The position numbers were made by a program, and so were the translations under genes. A stretch of DNA of 64,000 bases from Phoronis australis. Taxonomy: Eukaryota; Animalia; Phoronida. Shown piece by piece: positions 1 to 10,900 of the stretch. A model generated the notes under the pieces. It saw only the letters and a program-made list of their open reading frames with translations. It was not told the origin of the DNA and made no database searches. The stretch covers positions 264,280-328,279 of the forward strand of contig NMRA01000243.1 in NCBI GenBank assembly GCA_002633005.1. Reading direction: 5' to 3'. Numbering within the stretch: position 1 is the first letter of the stretch; each line of letters begins with the position of its first letter.

Positions 1-553
1 CCCCCCCACATCCACCAATGTGATCTTGTGATTTGATGTGAAATTTCCTCCTAGCTCAGATGTATTTATTTCTGAGATGATGTGGTGTCTTTGCTCTTTA
101 CCTTTTAAGCTGTGTAATCCATTGTTTTCATCAAACATGATGAGCCTGTTCTATGCTATAACAACACACTTAGACGGCAATATCTCTGTAGAACTCGATC
201 CAAATTTTATATAATACACACCACCATGTTTGTCTCAATTAGACGAATCTTTTTATATGCAGCACATGTATATTCTTTTATTTTTTACGAAATTATGTAA
301 AAAGGCAGATATTTCACGCATAATCGTCGCGTTTCAACGGCCATTTTCTCGTCAACCGCTCATCCAATTTTTTTGATTTTTCCACCATTTCATTTCTCAC
401 ACCAAGGGCTTTTCAAAAATGTATGACACATGGGTATTGTAAAAAAAATAAAAAAAACGTTGTCCTCCCTAGTGTTGTGTCAGAATTTAGACCGGAGGAG
501 TCTGACTGAAACCAGGTACTCTTTGAAGTGCTTAATAAAGAACACTAGACTAC

Positions 554-669
554 CTGTTTGTTGTTTTCCCAACTCCACCTTTTCCTCCGACAAATACCCA
601 TTTGAGTGTCGTTTGCTCGACAATGTTTTTCAAACTAGGATCCAGGTGTTCGAAGTCGTTTTCTGCCAT
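554..669 (-). CDS. GET3: GET3/ASNA1/TRC40 ATPase, first coding exon (gene continues left of the window)
   Basis: Manual minus-strand translation from ATG 669: [38 protein letters not shown](S). This is the GET3 N-terminus with the deviant Walker [11 protein letters not shown] donor at 553 (phase 2). Absent from the ORF track because it is short. Confidence 0.95.
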
Positions 670-981
670 GACTGATGACCGGAAATACGTATACTTAACA
701 TTATTTCGACTGATCCACGTATGATGGTTAACTTACAACTATTAACCCATCCATAATTTTTGTTGCAGCTTAAATTTCATAAAAAATACGTTTCTATTGA
801 TAAAATATCTTCCTTGTTGATATTTGGTATTCAGACCACGAATATCAATCGAATGGTACGATTTTAAAGCCTTTTTGTTACTTCCTTCTAAGTCGATGCA
901 ATGTCGTCGTTCACGTTCTACGGGAAAGACAGCAGGAGCGTTTAATATATTGCCCTTTATCATTATTGTTTATTACTGAAC
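670..981. promoter_or_regulatory. Compact bidirectional promoter shared by GET3 (-) and ESS2 (+)
   Basis: Divergent start codons separated by only 312 bp. ETS-like CCGGAAAT at 679-686. Confidence 0.7.
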
Positions 982-2433
982 ATGGCTCTTCAGAAAGTTG
1001 GTTCAGGGGCTCTTGTTGCTGTGCAAGAAACAAGAAAGGAACTTGTAGAACCAAGAAAAATAAAGAAAAATGTTCTGGATGAAGAAGAATACACTGAAGC
1101 TCTGGAAGAAATAATCGAACGTGATTTCTTCCCGGATTTGAAACAGATGAGTGCCCAAGCCGAATACCTTGACGCTGTTCAGAAAAATGACACGCAAAAA
1201 CTCAGAGAAATTCATGCAAAATACGGCCCTAAAAGACGAGGAACAGATGCGCCCAGTATTTATTCGACTCCTGCTACATTTGAGACACCAGACATACATC
1301 GCGAGCAGCCGTCAAGCAAACTCGAAGGTGAAAAAAATGACATGGAAAAAGACCTTGATCGTAATCCTGAGAAACCCAAAGGAGGGCAGTTGACAAACAA
1401 AAGTCTTGACTCATTTTTAGCGAAGAACACGAGTGAAGACAATGCATCATTTGGAGATATTATGGCAGAAACGCAGAAAAATCACAAACTGAAACACGCT
1501 TGGTTGTATGAACAAGAAGATTTGCACAGAGATGAACAAAATAAGATTCTCGCTTTACCATCCATGGAGCAGCAGGCTATTCAGGAGAATACAAATAATG
1601 TGTTAACTTGGAATTATGAAGTCAAAAATAATGTAATGTACATACCAGAGGGTTGTGAATATAGCCAGAAGGAAAAAATTGAAGAAGCTAAAAAACCAAG
1701 GGCAATTGTGCATAAGAATACTCGTTTCAGTGTAAATCCATTTGATGTCGAAAAAAGCAAACAAAATATAAAAGAGGCAGCGTCCATCCAGGCCATGGGA
1801 AAGTTAGGTAAAATAGGTCCTGATGGAAAGGAGATATTGCCCGAAGAGTCGCCAAGGGTGCAAGGGTATGGTTTTGTAGCCACACCCTCCCCAGCGCCAG
1901 GAGTAGATGATTCACCGCTGATGACGTGGGGCGAGATAGAAGGCACTCCCTTCAGGCTCGATGGTGGTGATACACCTTACAATAGAACCCCTGGCCCCTC
2001 ATTTAAGATGCCTGAGGTTCCCAAAAGGGATCAGATTGCCTTAGACTTGGCCGAGAAAGCGAGTAAACAGCACAGGGCAAAAAAACAAGATGCCATTAAG
2101 CGGGTTACTGCTAGCCTGTCTACTCCGTCTCCCAAGTTTGGTTCGACAGACCGGTTGAACTTTTTGTCGCCAGCTGCTCAGAGACTAGCCAGCTCGAAAC
2201 TAGGAATTCGGACAACAACTGACAAAAGGTTACGGGCAAGTTACACTCCGTCACCTCTCAGGAGCACACCCAGTAATAAAACACCAGGTGTTACTCCTGT
2301 AGGACGCAAAAGAAGCTTGGCAACGCCAACTTCATTGACACCAAAGTCAGCTACACCTAAGAATGATATCTCATCTCTGACAGATAATTTGCTAAACTTT
2401 TCTAAACGACCAAGAGCAACAGACTTCTTTTGA
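982..2433 (+). CDS. ESS2: Splicing factor ESS-2/DGCR14 (Es2), 483 aa, single coding exon
   Basis: Family motifs VLDEEEYTEALEEIIERDFFPDL, SLDSFLAKNTSEDNASF, GYGFVATPSPAPG, SPLMTWGEIEGTPFRLD, LSPAAQRL and C-terminal LTDNLL...RATDFF. Confidence 0.96.
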   Translation: MALQKVGSGALVAVQETRKELVEPRKIKKNVLDEEEYTEALEEIIERDFFPDLKQMSAQAEYLDAVQKNDTQKLREIHAKYGPKRRGTDAPSIYSTPATFETPDIHREQPSSKLEGEKNDMEKDLDRNPEKPKGGQLTNKSLDSFLAKNTSEDNASFGDIMAETQKNHKLKHAWLYEQEDLHRDEQNKILALPSMEQQAIQENTNNVLTWNYEVKNNVMYIPEGCEYSQKEKIEEAKKPRAIVHKNTRFSVNPFDVEKSKQNIKEAASIQAMGKLGKIGPDGKEILPEESPRVQGYGFVATPSPAPGVDDSPLMTWGEIEGTPFRLDGGDTPYNRTPGPSFKMPEVPKRDQIALDLAEKASKQHRAKKQDAIKRVTASLSTPSPKFGSTDRLNFLSPAAQRLASSKLGIRTTTDKRLRASYTPSPLRSTPSNKTPGVTPVGRKRSLATPTSLTPKSATPKNDISSLTDNLLNFSKRPRATDFF

Positions 2434-2787
2434 AGGATGTTTTTATTTTCTTTTAGTCAGGAATGTGTAACTCACTCTAGTCAGAAAATAGACTGATTAT
2501 AATGTTGAATTGTACTTTTCGTTTTGTGTTTCTTTAGGTTGTGTTGGGCTAATGAGCTGAATACACAATAGCTCATTGCTTTTATATGCTTTTATAAAGT
2601 TAATGTCTATAGTTTTGTAGATATTTGACTGAATACTCAGACTAATTGATAAGGTCTTACATCAGACATTATCAAGTAAGTCTGTTCAGTCTTCTATGCT
2701 GTTGACATGCTCGGCATAAGCTGTCACGTGAATCAATAAGTCATCGTACCATGGTCGTGAAGACCACTGGTTAAGCGAGGTAGTTTA

Positions 2788-3052
2788 CATGCGCGCACCC
2801 AGCCAAAAATATGAGGTCTCGACTTTTTGAGAATCTGTGCCTTTTACTAAGATTCAGGGTTTACCTTCAGAGCTATGATTTGTACATTCGACGAATTTTG
2901 GTAATTCCTTCCTTTTTAGTGGACTTTTATCTCGTTTTCAACTTTTTGGGGAGTTCTTCTCTCTGAGGCGGACCTTTTTGCCCACTCGTTAAAGGGGAGG
3001 CTCGTTTGAGCCCCCAAGCCACCCCCCCCCCCGCCCCCTGGGTGCGCGCATG
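2788..3052. mobile_element. MITE, family A (CATGCGCGCACCCAG TIRs)
   Basis: 15-bp terminal inverted repeats. Flanks GTTTA/GCTTA (degenerate 5-bp TSD). Related copies at 9265-9458 and 36953-37219. Confidence 0.8.
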
Positions 3053-4280
3053 GCTTACAGTACCGTTTGATTTGGTCAACGCTAGTACCACACAGTATAG
3101 GGAAGTCTCACGATTTTTGTCGGACTAATTGGGTTTATAAACCAGTTCACACGTTCAATATATTTAAGTTCGCGAGCCATGGCGCACCATACCGCGATTT
3201 TTATCGGGAATGAAAGATCGTTTCGTGTGCGTTGGCCTTTGACAATGAACTTCAGTAACAACAAACACTTAAATCAAGTCTCAAGGGTTCCTAATTGTAA
3301 TGCCGTTTGCCTGCATTTCGATACAATTGATATTTTTTGCAAAATCGGGAAAATGGTTGGGCTGCCATGTTCCGCCATATCATTTAGACCATGAACCAAT
3401 ATGTCTATGCCATGAACATATTAAGAGTAGTAATCGTGAACATGTAGACCATTGTGTCTACAACGTGTTTCCGAAAAAATGGTTTTATAATTTCTTTTCC
3501 TCAAGTGTTAGTGCACGTAGATGCCGCCATGCATGCCGTGCCACTATAGTGTTCACGTGATCAGTCAGGCCTGGACTTCAGTGATGTGTTATAGGGAACA
3601 ATTTCAAATCTTTGGGGAAGGATAACTATTTCATAGAGGGTACTTTTTAATCGGGCAAACTCTTCAAAGGGGTGGGTACGTATTTTAGATGGCGAATTCG
3701 ATATTTCTGCAGCAGTTCAATGTCATCACTTTGTTTTCGGCTGGATTTACTATTTGCTTGATTGACTTTTCGGAACTATTCATTGGTGAATTTCTTGGTA
3801 CACCCGTGAGTGTATCTATATATACACACTTGATAAAAATTTTAACTGAATTTCCAGGAAACCGCTTTAGAGTTTCCGTGTTGCGGTAATATTATACAAG
3901 TGACATATATTACTCCAACAGCCGGTCCTGTTCTGAACAACGTGTGACAGAAAGTGAATATCCAGAGTTCGCACAGAAGGCTGTTCATGTTATCAAAAGC
4001 AAAACATTTCTAATGGCTGAACCCAAACACGACAGACTGTCTGTAAGGTAACTGTAAGGTTCATGATTTTATAAAGACTGAAGTTCGCTTTCATGCACTC
4101 GGCAGAATCGTAGTAACATTGTGATAGATATACGCGATGTGTTTATTAATATCAAAATCGCCAGGCCACTATGCGGACGACGCATTTTGCTTTGCGATGG
4201 CCAGAAGTGGCAGTGGACGGCATTGCTAGTGTACGTAATTTTTAAAAGGTCTTGAACGCGAAAAAAACGGACTAAATTCA

Positions 4281-4490
4281 TTGCATTATTCAAAGTGGTT
4301 GTCTGCCACTGAAACTGAATTTAACCATTTTACGCTTTATTCGTAAAGATTTCAAATTTCTGTTGTTGTCAAAGCATTGTTCTGTTAATTTCAAATTTAA
4401 AAAAACCATCTGTCAGCTGTTCGTCCCTTCGTCAATTTTTCTCCTACATTGCAAACCACGTCTTCTTATTTGGTATGACAAGACTTAGGC
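4281..4490 (+). mobile_element. Fragment of an interspersed DNA-element family (possibly Kolobok-like)
   Basis: Aligns by eye with 47978-48205 (+) and 45990-46165 (-). Related copies begin TTAAAGAGGCAT at ~45709 and ~47969. Confidence 0.55.
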
Positions 4491-6366
4491 GTATACAAAA
4501 AATGTAACCTTTGTTATCAATAAAACAATGGCGACTTCAAGCCAGTTCTAATAAGAAAAACAGGTGATGTAAGTCATCAACTGTTTAAAATCAGTTATAA
4601 AGGTATCGAAGTACTTAAACATATTCTAATATGAAATTGAGTTTTTTTAGAAATTGCTTTCTTCACTGGATTGCCTCATGTTGTGCCTCGGATTCGGAGT
4701 GTGATCAGACTTCATAATTTGCTGTTACACTGTATGTCCATCTTGTCAGTCAGCTGTTTGTCGAATGAAAAAATGTGAGCGCATGCGCGCATTTCATGAT
4801 CCTGTGAGGTAGATGAAAAACTCTGTGGTGACTATATACTGAGCTACAGTATTAGCGTCAAATGGCAAATACAACCGTGTAGTAACCCATTTAGTTAGCT
4901 CACTAGTGAGATAACATTTTGGCGGGAGGCCGGTTTCGAACACTGGCCTCAAAAGAGTTTCGAGTCGCCCACTTTATCACTACAACACTCAGCGGCTGAT
5001 GTCATTGAACGTGAAAATCAGAGACTGTAGACCGCAGAGAGGGAGACAAACCACCTAGCGAAATCCCATTGGACGGCCACTGGCGGCCATCTGTTGTTGA
5101 TGGACCGTAGAGACGTTTAGCGGACGTGTGTGCAATAAACAATGAAGACATGACGGCTCCATCACATAAACAACTTTTGACTTATACAACCTATTGTTAC
5201 GAAATTGGTCTCAATTTGCTCCTTAGTCGATTTGAAGGTGATTTCAGGCTTTCGAAAGAATTGGCAATTGGTTATTTGAGAACACGCTATGCAAGATGGC
5301 GTCAGTTACGGCGTGTCATTTTATGACCGAATATGGTCTCGTGACCAGCGAATAACGAATTGTGAGTTCTTTGCAAACTCAGATCACTAGAATCACCTCT
5401 CATCTTAGTAAGATACTCGTTGGAACCAGTTTTATAAAAGTGATTTAAATCAAAAAATTAATTCGCTTTTAGCATGGAAAGCGGGTTTATCCGCTTCATA
5501 CAACACGAGAACGACGGAGTGCAAGTTTCTGTGAAATACCAACTGCTTGAGCCATTTTGGAAATTAAATTGTTAGCTTATCAAACTGGATTAACTCACGT
5601 TAACAACTCTTCATCCGTTCTAAACTGTATGTCCATGTATTTCTTAAAGTTTCAAATAAAAACGTACTCATGAGACAAAAGGCAGGCTTTGGTGCCACAA
5701 TACTTTGTATATAGCTCATTGGTCACAATTATAACTTTTGGGTGTTTTTTCGTTTTTGATAATGAACTGAATAATTTTATCATTTCAAACGTGTTCGGCT
5801 TATCACAAAAATACTCTTGTTTTGCTAAATTTCCGATACTTCATGTGCAAACTATTACTTCACCGATCGGTGACAATATATTTGTGTCTTTGCCCTCAGA
5901 ATTCGAGCTGTTGTTACGAAACTGAAAATGTTGGTTGCTCTCCCTCTCAGGAACTTAAGTATAGTATATACTAACTTAATCGTGGGATTTTTTTACAATT
6001 CCAGTAATCATGTTTCACTTTCTCTTGCCATTTCCCACATCAAAGTCTCCAAAACGAGTCATACCGCAGAATTTTGACTCACTTTTACCCAGCGATTGAA
6101 ATCATACAAAACGTCGCTTTATATATGTTTCCATCATAATCATGATTCATAACACATATTCTATGGTGATTTGTCGTTTCAGGACAGGTCATGGCCTGGT
6201 TTCAGACAGAGGGTGTGTTTTTAAATATTAGTACACCTGCGGAAATTGCTTTAACATTGTCCAGGCTGTCATTCAAGCCTTTACAAAAAGAGTCACTACT
6301 AAGACCGAGCTCAGAAGAGTGGTAACATTTGCAATGCTTAATTGTCTTTCAATGACATATCTAGAA

Positions 6367-7609
6367 GACTTTTCTCAATAGCCAACTGTTGGTTTAGGAC
6401 TGACCCCGTATCTTGTGTGCGCGCCTAGCAGAATAAAGTTAAGCAGAATACTGGCTGAATACTAGGCATACTTTCTAGTTTTAGGTGATAAAAGTCATAT
6501 TTCTTGTCCAAATCAAAAACCTAAGCACGGATACACTTCACGAACTATTGAAATATGTTATTTAAAACTTTCAAATAAAAAAGACTTTTGTCGCATAATT
6601 GTCATAGGCGCCTAACAACTTGGGTAATTTCGGGCCTCCCGGCTGTTTAGCCAAGTTAACCTCACGAGAATCATAGGCGGATCCAGGGGGTTAAGAGGGT
6701 TCAAAATCCTCTTTCCTTGATTATAGAGGTGATCCGAATCTAGAATTTTCAAACTATTTTTGGTCCCTTTTTTCAAAAATCCTTGACCCGACTCCCGGCC
6801 CCCCTTTAAAAAATCCTGGATCGGCCCTTGGAAACGATAACACATCAGCTGAAGCTGGATGGTTTCTTTGAAGGCAGCGGCAGATTTTAAGGTTAGTTAA
6901 CCGGTCGAGTTGCCCAAAGGCTCGACTCGGCCGGCGGTCAGTGGGCCCGGGTGCCTCATGGCCGGATACCGCGGGTACGAGTCCTNACTTGACTTTTCTC
7001 AATAGCCAACTGTTGGTTTAGGACTGACCCCGTATCTTGTGTGCGCGCCTAGCAGAATAAATTGAGCAGAATACTGGCTGAATACTAGGCATACTTTCTA
7101 GTTTTAGGTGATAAAAGTCATATTTCTTGTCCAAATCAAAAACCTAAGCACGGATACACTTCACGAACTATTTGAAATATGTTATTTAAAACTTTCAAAT
7201 AAAAAAAGACTTTTGTCGCATAATTGTCATAGGCGCCTAACAACTTGGGTAATTTCGGGCCTCCCGGCTGTTTAGCCAAGTTAACCTCACGAGAATCATA
7301 GGCGGATCCAGGGGGTTAAGAGGGTCCAAAATCCTCTTTCCTTGATTATAGAGGTGATCCGAATCTAGAATTTTCAAACTATTTTTGGTCCCTTTTTTAA
7401 AAATCCTTGACCCGACTCCCGGCCCCCCTTTAAAAAATCCTGGATCGGCCCTTGGAAACGATAACACATCAGCTGAAGCTGGATGGTTTCTTTGAAGGCA
7501 GCGGCAGATTTTAAGGTTAGTTAACCGGTCGAGTTGCCGAAAGGCTCGACTCGGCCGGCGGTCAGTGGGCCCGGGTGCCTCATGGCCGGATACCGCGGGT
7601 ACGAGTCCT
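6367..7609. repeat. ~620-bp tandem duplication (6367-6985 / 6991-7609) joined at a single N; probable assembly overlap
   Basis: Near-identical copies with a few SNPs/indels, N at 6986. Each copy contains a GGCGGATCCAG-type MITE (e.g. 6672-6830). Confidence 0.85.
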
Positions 7610-7630
7610 GATCAAACGGACCTCCGTCGT

Positions 7631-7738
7631 TAAAAAGCAAGGCTTTTCGATATTACGTGAGATATTGCCGTGTAGTTTAAATAAAAACACGTGACACTGG
7701 CTACAATTTAGCTAGATCCTTCGTAGGACCTAGCGTCA
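7631..7738 (-). mobile_element. Degenerate copy of the GTTCAGTA-TIR MITE in the HECTD3 upstream region
   Basis: Matches the reverse complement of 51511-51651 (AAAAGCAAG..GAGATATTGCCGTGTA..CACGTG..CCTAGCGTC). Confidence 0.7.
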
Positions 7739-7860
7739 TATACCGGTATTGAATACTCGCCAGAGAGGACTACTAGAACGGGAACGGGACTACTCACTGC
7801 TCGTCTTCAGGGAGTGTGCGTAATGGGCACCAGGTGACAGTGTTGTGAAGCTAAAACTGA

Positions 7861-7876
7861 GCACCAGGGGGCGTTA
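7861..7876 (+). promoter_or_regulatory. CTCF-consensus-like motif ~40 nt upstream of the HECTD3 ATG
   Basis: GCACCAGGGGGCGTTA versus consensus CCACCAGGGGGCGC. Motif match only. Confidence 0.4.
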
Positions 7877-7915
7877 TTCGAAGCAGCTGAAACTTTTCCG
7901 AGAACCCAAAACAAG

Positions 7916-10900
7916 ATGAACTTGGACAAATCTCGTCGAAAATTAGCTAGGATACGCTGCATTCAGGATTGTATAGAACGTTTTCGGAACAACCAACCGC
8001 TGCCTGAATGTTTGTGCTACGTACCTGCGGAAGTTCTATTTAAATGTACATCGAAGAACAAAATACCGGTGTACTCGGATTGTTCGAGTTCCTCGAAGCT
8101 GATCAGGAAACTTGACGTTTTTGTGGGGTCAATAATTGTTGCGTCTGGTGAAGAATTTTGCAATTCTCAAGGACAGTGGATTAATGTGATAAAGGTTTAT
8201 GACATTTTCTTTGCAGAAATTCATTTCTTTGGTGTAAATTTTTGTCATTGATTTGTTTGTGGGGCACCAACCAATTTAGTTTCAGGTCGACACCATCTAA
8301 CCATCATCATCTGATCTTGTTTATACATCTTTATACATGTCATGCTATAGTTCAATCCTTTCCAGTATTGTAATAACTTCTCTGCAGTTTTACCTAATAG
8401 GGGGTACTCCCAGTGTGGCACATGTTGAATGTTACAACACTGAACCCACTAGCTTACTAGTAGGGCCTAAAGGCTTAGCCAGGGCCAGGGGGCCTCTCGC
8501 TTGATTGAGCTTTCAGTAAGTTTCAGTTTCACTTGTTTAAGCATGATATGGACTACTATATGGCAGTGATTGTTAGAGTCTAAGAAATTATTCAATGATC
8601 ACATAAAGTAGCTGAAATACAATGCAGTCATTACCTGGGTCATCACGATCGCCCGAGGGTAAAGGTGCCTTCGGAGAGGGGAATTCTTTAGAAGAAGAGA
8701 AACCTCCCCCTCCCTTCCCCTTATCACCAGCAATTCCACCTTTTTTACCTCTGATGAAACATTATAGCTAGTATGTTTGTTTAACAGTACAACACCGTCT
8801 CTTATGGCTCCAGTAGAGACGGTGGCCATAGGCCTCCATATGCCGGAAACTTTTCAACGAATTATGACTCACACTGATTAAACCATCGAAGTCGTGTTGC
8901 TTTAAGTACCTTTTGCACACAGAGGGACACTGTGGAAGGACTCTTCCCAGCTCGAACAATTACTTCCACAGTCAAACTTTTTTTCGAGCAGTCCTTCATT
9001 CAGTGCTCAAAATTTGCAACTGGCTTTTTTACACGGCTTGCGCCAGGGGATATGACTTAGAATGTAAGCTTTCATACTGCTAAATAGTTCAGTACTGAAC
9101 CACATGTAGAATCAAAGATCCACATAATTCTTCCGGCTTCATGCGTAATGCTCTCTGTGGGGATAAAAATAATTCTCACATTTCGTTAATTTCTGATCGC
9201 CAAGTTGAGTACCATATGAGTGAATGACAAATGTCAACATACAGCATTGTTTACAGTTGCACTCCATACGCACACCCAGCCTAAAATATAGGGGGGCTTG
9301 AATTTTTCGAATGCGGACCTTTTACTAAAAAAGGGCCACTTGGTTCAGGCCCACGAACTGTGCATCCGTCTCATTTACTCGGGACTTTTTGTTTTGCTGC
9401 AGTGGACCTTTTTACCCAATTCGCTCCCCTCCCCCCCTCCCCCCTGGGTGCGCCCATGCACTCCATCATATGGAAGAGAAGAATATGTCAGATGTCCTAA
9501 ACATACAAGAGCAGAAATCAAATTTTGATTTTCGCTCTTTAATGTTTTAAATGTTCATATCATAAACTGAAAATTATAACTGGCAGACAGTTGGGTATAA
9601 GCAGAGAAAAAAGATCAGTCTTGTGTGGCCCCATAATTAAGGTATTGAGAGCCTTTGTATGTTACTGGTAGTAGCATTAGTTGTTTTATTGAAACTCAGA
9701 TTGTATACAGTCATTTACAGAAATATTATATTTACGACAGTCCAGCAGAAGTTTCACATTCAAATAGATTAAAAAATTGTAAGATATTTTGTGTACAATG
9801 GACGTACAAAGGAGACCACAACTTCAGTGGCTAGCCACAAGCACCTGTATAACAAAGCTAACATAAGTTTAGAAAAGGAACCTGCGTCAGGTCCAGTACA
9901 TACATTACACACTCAAAGCTAATGAGGTCTTTTCCTTGTGACAAGGTTGTCAATGACGAAGCAGTATATCTTACATTACATACACAGTCATGTAGTAGGC
10001 ACTTTCTAGCCTTCCTGTCATAAATGAATTTAATTTTTGGTAACATAAGTGGCAGTGCATGGGTCCACTGCAGTGACAGGTGACGCTAAATGGAATGCCT
10101 GTCTCAAACCTGTGACTAGAGGGCACTGTAGGAGCTCTCTGAACCTTTGCCTATGAGCATAATCATCCACTCTAGGGATTCTGGACCACCTGGCTGGGCA
10201 GGAGACCTTTGTGCTGAAATAAACCAACTGCGCAATCGTGTTGTAGGTACTGTCCTGTGATTCTGAACCAGTCATCGTTCATTCCTTTGAGGAGAATCAA
10301 GCATGGGCCCTGCTCTATAACAGTCACTGTTCACCTGATGAGGATCCCCAGTTTTTGGTGAACATTGAGGAGGATACCTCGCTGACGGGGAACGAACTCC
10401 TGTTTGGGAGAAAGGCCAGGCCTATTAACAGGTGGGTTTGGCCAAGGGGGCTCAGTGTACGCCATGTTGATAAACTCAGTCATGCACTTAATGTTATGCT
10501 TGACCTTTTTGAGACGTTTGCGTATTTACCCAAATATCTATTTTAACTCGGTAAAAGTTCTATATTCTTTTAAAGTAGAAAGTCTGTAGAATTTGACTTA
10601 GGACTTTTTACCATTCTGTCATTAATTGGGTTATGTGACCATGTCTTTTTAGTTGAAGACTAAACTCAAAGGTACATTGATAGTAAACACAATGGTATCA
10701 GTAATGTGATAAAATTTTTATTTGATATAAATGATCAAGGTGAGATCTCAGAAACGCTGTTACAGTTTTACTAAAATATTTCATTTTTGTTCTATGCAAC
10801 TTTAGATTTTTTCATGAAAATCATGTAAGTCCTTTTTTGGTAGCCCTTCATGCAAAGGTGGAAAACTACTAAACAGTTCGTGACAGTGTTTGGAGAACAA

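Noticed and set aside
1-150. Open minus-strand frame (NRLIMFDENN..) as GET3 exon 2, or TTGATGA..CTGA as an intronic C/D snoRNA
   Set aside because: The peptide is unlike the expected CSLA.QL..STDPAHN and is in the wrong phase. The C box lacks the purine, the terminal stem is weak, and no animal rRNA target was recognised.
1003-1946. ORF-track entries overlapping ESS2
   Set aside because: Shadow frames of a real coding sequence.
3950-3996. SEYPEFAQKAVHVI resembling a hAT dimerisation motif
   Set aside because: Lacks the preceding FW and the following P..TY.CE residues; too short to call.
6612-7467. Duplicated minus-strand ORFs
   Set aside because: They run through a MITE inside the assembly duplication; no protein signal.
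7480-7620. Spliced-leader RNA or HDV/hammerhead ribozyme
   Set aside because: No Sm site and no complete catalytic core on either strand.
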